From Paraglomus brasilianum (taxonomy: Eukaryota): 52,479 nucleotides of DNA. The translations under genes and the position numbers were made by a program. The notes below the pieces were generated by a model. The model did no database searches, was not told the origin of the DNA, and saw only the letters and a list, made by a program, of their open reading frames with translations. This document shows, piece by piece, positions 1 through 10,039 of this stretch (position 1 is its first letter; the number at the start of each line of letters is the position of its first letter). The DNA lies in assembly GCA_910592345.1 (NCBI GenBank), contig CAJVPI010000115.1:1-52479 (forward strand), given 5' to 3'.

Positions 1-69
1 GGAAAATTTAAGGAGTTATTATTATGTACGTTTAGATGATACAACCGGTAGGATACTTTTGCACGTTAC

Positions 70-386
70 TGTAAAACAGTTCGAAAGATGATGAGCTGGG
101 CGCATGCTAGGTTTAAGAATCGATTGCTATCTAAAGCGGAAGAATTTGGTAAAATCGTAATAACATCTATATCTGAAGCATATACGAGTAAAACATGCAG
201 TCGTTGCGGATTTATTAGGAGGAATTTGGGTGGGAATAAAGTATTTGGGTGCGATGGGTGTGGACTTCAGATTAATAGAGAGCCCGGGGAGTTTTTCTCT
301 TGAAGTTTGCGTTCTTTTATTGTCTACACCTACGATTGAACGCTAAAGGTGTACCCCGGGCATTGCTTGATAGTTATGTAACATAA
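70..386 (+). pseudogene. Fanzor2/IS607-TnpB-like RNA-guided nuclease, disrupted C-terminal fragment
   Basis: KTVRKMMSWAHARF, RuvC-II SEAYTSKTC and zinc ribbon CSRC...CDGC are present. RuvC-III is broken after INR by a frameshifting deletion. ARGVFL and RALLDSYVT* continue in another frame, separated by a 57-bp insert (300-356). Confidence 0.85.
304..355 (-). mobile_element. Micro-insertion family copy 1 (longest, 52 bp), inserted in the Fanzor remnant
   Basis: agtttgcgttcttttattgt core plus a hairpin extension. Right flank ccgggcattgcttga (356-370); the left flank retains only cttga (299-303). Confidence 0.7.
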
Positions 387-572
387 TTATGCCAATTGAT
401 TGATGCACTTACGCAATGAATTTGATGAACACTTGCCGCAGTTGGTTTCACCAAGGTCCGACACAAAATTTCATGACGTTGTCAACATTCCGTAACCTTT
501 ACCTTCAAACACGCCACTGAAACTTTGACACTCATTTATCGCCGATTCTTCTATCTAACCATAAATCTTCTA

Positions 573-1605
573 ATGTCTTCGTATTTTGGTTTGTACTAAC
601 AAATTCAATCTTAATTTGTTTATCGTCGATAATTCTTATTTCATGTCAAATTTTTAAAAATATAAAGACGAAAAGGGCCTAGCTGACCCTGATCGTCAAG
701 AACGGAGAACGAGGCCTTCGGAGGATAATCCCGATGTATCTGTCTTCTTTGGATCTTCTCCGAGACAATCGCAGGCGGGGTCGTCGAGAGAACTTCCGGA
801 ATTGATTGATCAAATTTATGCTTTGGCTGGGTGAGATAATAAGGATGAAAAGTGGGTGGTGTAAAATGAGAGCGAGTGTGTATAATTGAACAAATTTACT
901 ATTGATGTAGATGCAATTTTAGCTGATTACGATGAATGATAATGTAGGCGATTTGGAATGCTCAGGGATCTCGTCACTGGAAGTGATAGTCAGCAGACAT
1001 TCTTGAACAACCTAATTACTCAACTATTGGAGGAAGCCGGTGACAGGTATGAGCGTATACGAAACAAAGGGAGTAAGCGAAATCATGCTATATCTGAATA
1101 AACGTTATTTTCGTTCCAGTTCAAAAGGTCCCCCGCCAGCAAGTAAAGCGTTCATAGAAAGTCTACCCGACGTTCCCAAAGCGCAAATTACGCCTGGTAA
1201 CGCCTGCAAAGCATGTTCTATAATTCATTGCAGCAATAATAATTAGCGTAACCTACTTCTTTGTTAGATGATTCCTGCATCGTCTGTGCTGAGAACTTTT
1301 CAGAGAGCAATAAAAGTGTGACTCGTCTTCCATGTGAGCATATGTTTGACAAAGAATGTATTATTCCTTGGCTTAAACTTGTAAGTTAACGTGTTTTCAC
1401 TATGCAACGGATGACCGTGGAGTGGCGTGATTAACATTGAGATTCACAGTAATCTAATTTACATCTTTAGCACAACACATGTCCCAGTTGCCGACATGAA
1501 GTCGATAGTGATGATCCTGCTTGGAAAAGAAGGAAGCAGCAAGAGGCAGAAGAAGAGCAAGAGGAAGAAGAAGAAGAAGAAGAATATGATTGGATGTATA
1601 TGTAG
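573..1605 (+). CDS. RING-finger E3 ubiquitin ligase, RNF181/YBR062C-like (spliced)
   Basis: MSSYF|D start, KGPPPASKAFIESLP, RING CIVC...LPCEHMFDKECIIPWLKL|HNTCPSCR, acidic tail ending YDWMYM*; GT-AG introns. Confidence 0.88.
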
Positions 1606-1755
1606 AAAACATAATGGATGAATAATAATTTTAAGGATGAAAGAGCATTTATAATGGTTCAATGAAGAAACAAGGAATGGATGACCAACTTATAAGATAT
1701 CTGACTAATGATATATTCATGAAATTGGATATTTAACTCGCCTACTGGACAAAAT

Positions 1756-4516
1756 CTATTTCAATGTCAAAGTTTTATTACTACCAAATCGTCGTAAAAT
1801 GTTTTCAAGTTTCAAAGTTAGCATCCAATCACCCGGGCTACGCCTTTTTTTACGCTTTACATGACAATCCTTCAGCTCATAAAACTTCTGCGCGCATGCC
1901 CTATCACTCCTCCCGGGAATAGTCTTAGCAATGGTTGCCCATTTTAACCCATGTTTTTCAATCCCCTCGAGCAACAGCTTCAACTCATCCATACCCCACG
2001 ACCCCTTCTTCAACCGAGGGTCAAGTGAAAACGACCATCGATGTCTACACTGGAACCTAGTCCTGCTGCCAATAGTATAAGCTATCTTTTGCCACATTCC
2101 AGGAGAACCCTTATATTTTTCGACGCCCTTTATCAACAACTCGTTCTCTTCTTGCGTCCAACGGCCAAGCGTCCTCTCCGAGAACGTCTCGTATGTCAGG
2201 CGATGCCATTTATCAAATAACTGCTTACGCCCTCGTGTAGGAAAATACCTCTGTACTATTAAAGACCAATTAATACCACCATTAGGACCACGTTCCGTGA
2301 CTTCAACAGCTTTTCGCAGAAGAGCAAGTTCGTATTGCGAGAATGGTTTACTTTTGCTGACAGGATTAAGCACTTCGTGCCAGCGATTTTTACATTGAAA
2401 TACAGTACGGCCTGGCAGACGTTGGGCAATAGTTGCCCAATCTATAGACGGATTACCGGAGAGTAAATTTTTCAGTATCTCGTCTTCAGCAACAGTCCAA
2501 GAAGACGGAGCGAAGCGGACACGATCCCATTGCGCGTGGCATTGAGATGGACTTCTTTCCTTGAAGGCAGCGGATATTTTTTCCCAATCTATGATTTTCC
2601 CCCTATACGTCTCTGCCATGGTACATAGCGTGTTTAGCTCTTCCTGTGACCAGTAAGACCGCTTGTTGTAGTACGTCTTTCCTCCCAAGTGGGAATTGTA
2701 TCCGATCACACGATCAGTCATCATAAACCTTCCTAACTCTCGTAAGTTGTTGGACATCGATTCGGAAGCATCAAGTCTCACCAACTTGGCATCACTCAAG
2801 CTTTTATAAAATCTCATACAATAGTTCTTGCAATCGTATGCCGATCTACGTGGCATTCCTTTTGTTACTTCATTCCAATCATCTCCATGATCGGCCACTC
2901 TTGTCCATAACACTTTTTGCTCCCTTGCGCTCCACTGAAGATCGTTCTTAGACGACGAATTATACGACAAGGTTAACCATCTAAAGAGACAGTCGATATC
3001 AGTTCTTCCAGTCAGTCCAGCAACAACAAGTTGCCAATTCATTCCGTATTTAGCAATTTGACGGAGCAGAATCTTATCTTCTTCTGATGTCCATTTGCGT
3101 CTTGCCGTATTGCGAGTGGAATTAGAAAAGTATCGATGTCTCACTTGGTATGTTTCAGCATTAGTTAGCTTGCTGGCAATAAGAGTCCATTTGTAACCGT
3201 GCAACATTACTTGCTCTCTTATGAAATCGTCTTCTTCTTTTGTCCATTGGCGAGGTTTGTGACGTGTCTTTTCATTCTTTCTACCACATATGCTTTTTAT
3301 TGCATCGAGTGGTACCGCAGGTACTTCTTTTGATATTTTCCCCAGATTATCGGCACCGTTTTGAATAATGCTGTTTATTACATCATTGAATTGTTCAAGT
3401 GAGAGGTCCTCGTTTATTAACAGAGGCTGAATGCGATTAAACCATCGAAAACGGACGGCCAAATGTGTTCTATGAGGGAAATACTCATCAGAAATCTCCC
3501 TCCACTTCCGACCGCGTTTTCGTATTACCTCAACTAAGATTTTGTCTTCCTCAATAGTCCAGCATCTGCTCTTAAATCTAGTCGCGTCTTTTCCAGCTTT
3601 AGAAGAAAACTTCTTGGTTTCTTCCTTATCACTTAGCATGACAGCATGTCTAGAACGCATGGATTTCCATTTCCGCAAGTACGCAGAGGTGGGGCTTTCT
3701 CGAGTCTTTCCTTGTTCAAGTGATAAATACTCATAGATCAACAGCGGTCGAATGCGATTAAACCATCGGTAACGAACAGCCACGTGCGTTCTACAGGGAA
3801 TATAGTCGTTTGAAATCTGCTTCCACTTCCTCCCATGCTTTTGCATTGCTTCTATTAATATTTTATCTTCCTCAGCAGTCCAATATCTACTTGATCTACT
3901 TATTCCTTGGGGAGTTTCGATCGGAAAGTTTATGAAGTCTGTTTCCGATCCTAACAAGTCCTTATCCTCAAATTGCAATGCTTTTAACTTTTCCAAATAC
4001 GGAGCAGGGCCATTTTCCCGAATATCATTCGCTATTTTATAGAATTGTTCGAGTGATACATTTTCTTTTATCAATTGGGGTTGAATATGATTAAACCATC
4101 GAAAGCGAATCCCCGAATATGTTCTATGAGGAATATGCTCCTCCGAAATTTGTTTCCACTCCCGACCTCGCATCCGTGCCGCTTCTATTAAAAGTTTATC
4201 TTCCTCGTCAGTCCAGTACTTATTTGTCAATCTAGCCAACTCTTTACTGTCTTTGGGAGGATAACCTTTAATCTCTAAAACGTTATCTTCAGGATGCAGA
4301 TATCTCCATCTCTGTAAACACATTCCAGAAGTACTTTCCGGAATACCTTCTGCTACTTTATCGAACGTTTTTGGTGATTTCCCATGAATTGCCACAAGTT
4401 GCTCCAGTATTGAGTCATTTTCTGGTTTCCATACAGTATCACATACACTTGATAAAAATCTCTTGCATCTTATTTGTCTCGGAAGCTGTAAGGCGCTTTT
4501 CAGCAAGCGATAACAT
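1756..4516 (-). CDS. Multi-repeat Myb/SANT protein (about 12 repeats), single long ORF; start uncertain
   Basis: 916-aa ORF with repeated WTxEED...W...RT...RW units. The ORF opens at TTG 4506; the nearest ATG (4516) is one base out of frame. Confidence 0.85.
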
Positions 4517-5594
4517 TTAGTACGATATTCGATAATAAAATAGTCACGCGTTAGTTTTCAATAACTCTACTATACCGCAAGTTATCATATAAAGGGAGCC
4601 GCATGAGGTTGGCGACTGTTAGTCCGACAAAATTTTTTGTAGAAGTTTAATTAGGCAAGTGTAACAGCCATAATGCGGAAAATACCCACAATAGCAATTA
4701 CCAACTTGGGAATCTTGTTTCCATGTTAGGGAAGAGAACTTCTTATTCTGGAAATGCGTTTAGAGACTTGCTAATTGTGACTTAAACAGGGTCGACCTAT
4801 GCAAATCGGCCTTGTTATTAATTGCTCGTGCGGGTTTTCCTGTAAACTCTAATGTAATAGTAATAGTAAAGTTTACCCCAACAGTTTGGTAGCAGGAGTG
4901 ATCATCATTTCACACTGATATGCTAACATGATTTCATTGTTCTCCCAGACTGCCAGAAGTTAAATAAAGTCCGCTCGTGATTTATTGGCGGGTGTTTAAT
5001 GATCATCTATTTATATTTACAGTCGATAGTACTAAGAAATACTTTAATTTGTTTTATCAATATCATAATCTTTTTCGAAGGATCGATAATTAATTCTATT
5101 TTTGTAATTACGCAAGTAAAACCCGCCTGGTGATTTCACCGGGTAGGGTATATGATAATTTATTTTTATTGAACAAATAACTATATATAGGATAAATAAT
5201 ATTATTACTACTAATACTACTACTATTTTCATCTTTAGAATTGTTACTATCAAGATCACTATCAATCTTTAAATCATCGTCTGAATCGAAATCAGCAGGA
5301 TTAGAATAAATTTTTAAATTTATGAGTAACGACACTCACTATTGAACTTGACCTAAAACGGAAGTAAAGTTGTTGGGCGTATAGGCTCATCGAGGTCTTT
5401 GTTACGCTTCAGTCCCAGAACAAGCGTTAAATGACAGAAGACTTTTAAGCCACTACGTGGTTGGCATACAAGCAGTGTGCACTATATGGAAATAAGGCTA
5501 GCCAATAGGACGAGAGGGTCAAAATCAATATGATTGGTTGGTTAAATTAGGTATAAAACTGAAATATTTAACGTTAAAGCACTTGGTTTATGTC

Positions 5595-6028
5595 TTGACA
5601 AGGAGAAAAAACGAATGGCGAACTTGCGTCGAAGTACGGAATCAAGGAAAAAACCGACCCTGCAGTCTTAATGAAGTTTTGCGTTCTTTATTTGTTCCTG
5701 CAGTCTTAATGGCAACGAATTCTAATGAATATACTGCTCAGTTGAAGCGTAATCGCCCTCTCAAAATACAAGATGTTGAACGTGCCTTGTGGAGTTGGGT
5801 CAAAGGTGCGTTATCCTCCAGTCTTGATATATGCTGACGACATTTATTGCAAGTCATTAGTGAACTTATAGCATAATTGTATAAAATAAATTTCGTGCTA
5901 TAATGGAATTGCACGTGCAATCATTAAGAAGTCCATTATAAGAAACCATACACGTTATTATGGACTCGTGTTATAATGGTGCTCATGGGCTATGCCCAAC
6001 TTTCTATTATAACGAGCTTTGACTGTTA
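5595..6028 (+). mobile_element. Decayed pogo/Tc5 transposon (CENP-B-type HTH remnant plus right terminal repeat)
   Basis: QLKRNRPLKIQDVERALWSWVKGALSSSLDI resembles the Tc5 DNA-binding domain. Repeated (g)ttataa(c/t)g subterminal motifs precede the end acgagctttgactgtta. Confidence 0.65.
5659..5711 (-). mobile_element. Micro-insertion family copy 2 with 15-bp TSD
   Basis: cctgcagtcttaatg (5659-5673) + aagttttgcgttctttatttgtt (5674-5696) + cctgcagtcttaatg (5697-5711). Confidence 0.9.
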
Positions 6029-6769
6029 TTGCTCTTTTCAGAATGAATCACCATCAAGAAAACACTGTCAACCAATAGAATTAGCTAACGGTGTGATACG
6101 TGTTACAATTGAGAATGGATACGTCTTATAGTCTTAGCATTGTTATATGTGTAAGGTTTGTCTCTCTTGTGGTATTGATAATTCTTCGTTTACATGTCAT
6201 TGTCCAAAAACGCAAAAACCAACAAAAAAGACTACGAGGGTCTTTTATAGTCGTATAGTATCCGCCAACACTCGACCTTCACAATTAGACCTTCTAGCAG
6301 GTGTCACAGTCTGTATCAAAGGCGTGCAAAACGAGAACAGCAAGTTTCTGTACAAAAACCGACAGCTCTCACAGATAATACTTCTCGCTGAAAGATGCCT
6401 CTACTTAATGATATGTTTTTACCATCTGATCCTATTACGCAAATCAATGCCTTGTTAGTGGTGGTGAACCCTTTTAACCACATGAATTTCCTGCTAGACA
6501 AAAAAGAAAGTGAAGTTGAAAGAGCATGAGTTTTTTGTCCTTACGATCGAATCATTCAACGCGACCTTGCTCATACCTTTTCAAATTCAGAAAAGGTGGT
6601 GGTGATTGGAAAGTGTTAAAAAAATAGAGAATAAATTATTGAAGCTTAGGTCAGAAATTACGGAAAAAGAACAAGAACGAGAAAAAACGCTATGCCCTTG
6701 TTACATACGCTCGATAAACCTACACACAAAACACAGATTAGTTACTTAAAAAGACAAAGACAATAATAC

Positions 6770-7152
6770 ATGGCGCGCTGTGGAGATAATCTTCCCAGTA
6801 AGTCTTCTCATCTCAGAAACCAACTCGTCTAAATACCAGTCCGCCTTCTGTTCGACTAAATACTTGAGAACCTTTAATATTAAGGAAAAATCATTATATA
6901 TATAATTATGTTCGATCGGTTGGCAACAAAGCCAATGTTATATACTTCCATGTCATTTGCATCAAACAATTTTCTTCTTCCTTTAGGGCCCACAAAGGAT
7001 TGTAGACACCCCCCTATACTAATACATTCTCAGGACCCTTCCGACAGTAGACCGAGAAACATGTAAGAGACTTCTTATCTTCTTGTTTGAATACTCGTCA
7101 TGATGCAGGTATACTATTCTCCAACGTAGGTCTTCGCTGATACTTTTGGCAT
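6770..7152 (-). pseudogene. Tc1/IS630-like transposase N-terminal HTH remnant with an intron
   Basis: Frameshifted translation ISEDLRWRIVYLHHDEYSNKKIRSLLHVSRSTVGRVLRMY...KGRRKLFDANDME|intron|VLKYLVEQKADWYLDELVSEMRRLTGK; no DDE domain follows. Confidence 0.7.
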
Positions 7153-8008
7153 TTTTCTATCAACAATAATAAATAATATCAAAAGAGAATTGTAAGTATT
7201 GCATACCCATTTCATACTAAGTGTGAACTCGAAACCTCATTTAATACTAAGTTACAATTGTTTCATAACCAGTTGTAATCTCATAATCGTCTTGTAATCG
7301 GTTGTAATTGCTGGTTTAACCACTCAACAAACTTTCTTTTCTTGCCTTGCGCTAAGTAAAGAGATAAAGTTGTATCAAGTAGGCTTGATAATCGCGGGCG
7401 CGTCCACGTATAAGCGCAAAAAAACGTAAACAGCCATAATAATAATAACGTTTAATTTTCCAAATATTTGTAAGTGTAAAATATAATGCAATTGTTTAAG
7501 TGGCTGGTGCTAAAAGCCTTTTTTTTCAAATTAAAGAAAAAATCAATTGTTATCAGATAGACACCACAAAGTCAATCCAATAACTATAATTCAATCGGAA
7601 AATAATACGCCACTTTTATCTACGTTTTTCAGTAATGTTGAAATAATTATTACTATACACATATTTCAAATAATAATTTGTGAAATTTACTTTTCGCGGA
7701 TAATCGCAGGCTCCCTTCATTGGACACTCAAATGGCTTCTCCCCATAAATAGAAATATTATGGACTGTACGACGTGTCGGTTTGTGCGACCTGGCAGGTA
7801 AATTCCTGATAATTTTGCGGGGACTATATAAAGTGACACTAACGGGTTTGCGGTTCAAAATTCTCCCATTGTTGAAATATGGTACTTGACTATTAAGGAA
7901 TGATGCATACAGACATTTAAATTTGTGTAAGCGCATGTCAATATATCATAAATAAAAAAAATAAAATTTCCAATTCCAAGAGTCATTTTAATTTGTTTTT
8001 CTTAAAAA

Positions 8009-10004
8009 ATGTTCGACAATCCAGATAATGTAGAAGAGAGGCTCCATGTAGAAGAAGAGGCGAAGGTACATAAATCGCATATGTTTAAGACTTGACGATA
8101 ATATGATAGGATATTTCAAACAATGTTACGTATTTTTTAAACGTATTAGCATTTTCGCAAAGTTCTCCAAACGTTTTCGCTCTACAAAACATCGGCTCTG
8201 ATGGCCAACAATCGTAGACGAAAGGACTATCATGCGCTTACAGAGAGACATAAGAATCTGATTCCTAATTATCTTAATCATTTGAATACAATCGACCGTG
8301 CCATAGGAAAAAACTATGCAGTAGTCAAGCAGATTATGACTAATGGACAGATGTTTTCGGATGGAAAAGTATGCCGTTTGAGATCTGGCTGATTCTTCTC
8401 CCCATACAAAGATTGACTAATATCCGTTTGCTAGGATAGCTCCCTTTTGCACACGCATACTAGCGAGCAGGATGAAAACACACAAGATGAAATAACCGAA
8501 TATGACTTCGACAAACTGCGTAGTACGATCAAGCAGTTTGTAAGAGACTGGTCTATTGAGGTATGGCGTGGTATGTTGAAATAAATATTGGCTGCTTTAT
8601 CGCTGTCTCTCAATCCAATTTTTGTATGTCAATTACTTGTGTACTTGATAGGGAAAACCCGAACGGGACGTAACTTATCAACCTGTATTACAAGAATTAC
8701 TTGAATACTACAAAGAGGTACCTTTATCAGAGAGGTAACGTTCTTATCACTATACAATATTTATATTACAAAGAGGTACCTTTATCAGAGAGGTAACGTT
8801 CTTATCACTATACAATATTTGTATTACTGTATAACACTAACTCTAAATTGTATTCCACTAGGGCTAAGATAAATGTATTGACACCGGGAGCTGGCTTGGG
8901 TAGATTAGCCTTTGACATTGCCAAGTCAGGTTGGTAATAGTAGTTCTTTGTTTACATATATCGATGAATAACAATTCCCACATTTTCTTTTGCTATGTAT
9001 AGGATTTAGCTGTCAAGGTAAATTAAACTTGCTATTACACAGGAAAGCAGACAGATGTGTTCTAATCAATATCTAATTTTAGGAAATGAATTTTCATTCT
9101 ACATGGTAATTTTTGATGACAATTCTTATAAATGAACGTCTGACTACCGTTATGACTGATGATATGATGGTTTTAGCTCTTGGCTTCTCATTTTATATTG
9201 AACAGGTAAAGGAGGGACTTGATTGATAAGCAGTGTAAATCGTATTGCTCACATGATGTTTTACAGGATCGAACGCATCCATCAGTATGAAATCTACCCG
9301 TTCATTCATTCTTTCTCAAATATTCCTTCTTTTGAGGAACAACTGAAGCCAATAAGTATACCCGATGTTTTGCCGAGTGAAATACCACAAGGAATAGACT
9401 TTTCAATGGTAGCTGGTGATTTTGTGGAAATATATGGAGACGACAGCCATAAGGGTAATATCAGTATCACACTACTAATTGTTATTATATAGAGCTAAAG
9501 ATTTTTCTTTTTTTTTTTTTGCAGGGACATGGAACTGTGTCATTACATGTTTCTTTATCGACACTGCAAAGAATATTATGGAGTATATTGAGATAATTTA
9601 TAACATTTTGAAGCCAGGCGGATTGTGGATAAACATTGGTAAGCGAGATACATATGCATCTGTTAAGTACAATAATGTTGGGGTTATATCCAATTGCTCG
9701 TCATTTGCAGGTCCATTACTGTATCACTATGAAAATATGCCTGGAGAAATGTCTATTGAATTGAGCTTAGAAGAAGTCAAAAACCTTGTCAGGAAGATTG
9801 GTTTTGTCATTAAGGTGATTAATCTTAACGGTTCATTCATGATATCAGTTTATTCATTATTTAGTAAGGTCGTGACTCCAGGTCGGTAATTCTCCTGTCT
9901 TCTATACACAGAAAGAGAAAACGATTCAGACTACGTATACAGCCAACCCAAATGGAATGCTGAAATATGTGTATGATTGTGCATTCTGGACATGCGTGAA
10001 GTAA
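8009..10004 (+). CDS. CARNMT1: Carnosine N-methyltransferase (N2227-like), many introns
   Basis: [71 protein letters not shown]; ends FWTCVK*. Confidence 0.93.
8709..8824 (+). repeat. 58-bp tandem duplication spanning an exon end and 5' splice site
   Basis: tacaaagaggtacctttatcagagaggtaacgttcttatcactatacaatatttrtat occurs twice (8709-8766, 8767-8824) with one mismatch. Confidence 0.95.
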
Positions 10005-10039
10005 ATGTCTTAATGCAGAGGCAAATATAATCCATAAAT

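Noticed and set aside
1330..1360. His-to-Asp change in the RING motif as inactivation
   Set aside because: HxFDxEC is, as I recall, a normal variant in YBR062C-like fungal RING proteins.
5044..5335. Short low-complexity ORFs as a gene or piggyBac remnant
   Set aside because: Acidic low-complexity sequence with no diagnostic motif.
5659..5711. Repeat-spacer-repeat pattern as a mini-CRISPR
   Set aside because: The logic is inverted: the middle is constant across loci and the flanking repeats differ. There is no array or cas gene, and the DNA is eukaryotic.
7616..7936. C2H2 zinc-finger gene (GEKPFECP)
   Set aside because: Only a linker-like motif is present, with no complete finger; at most a remnant.
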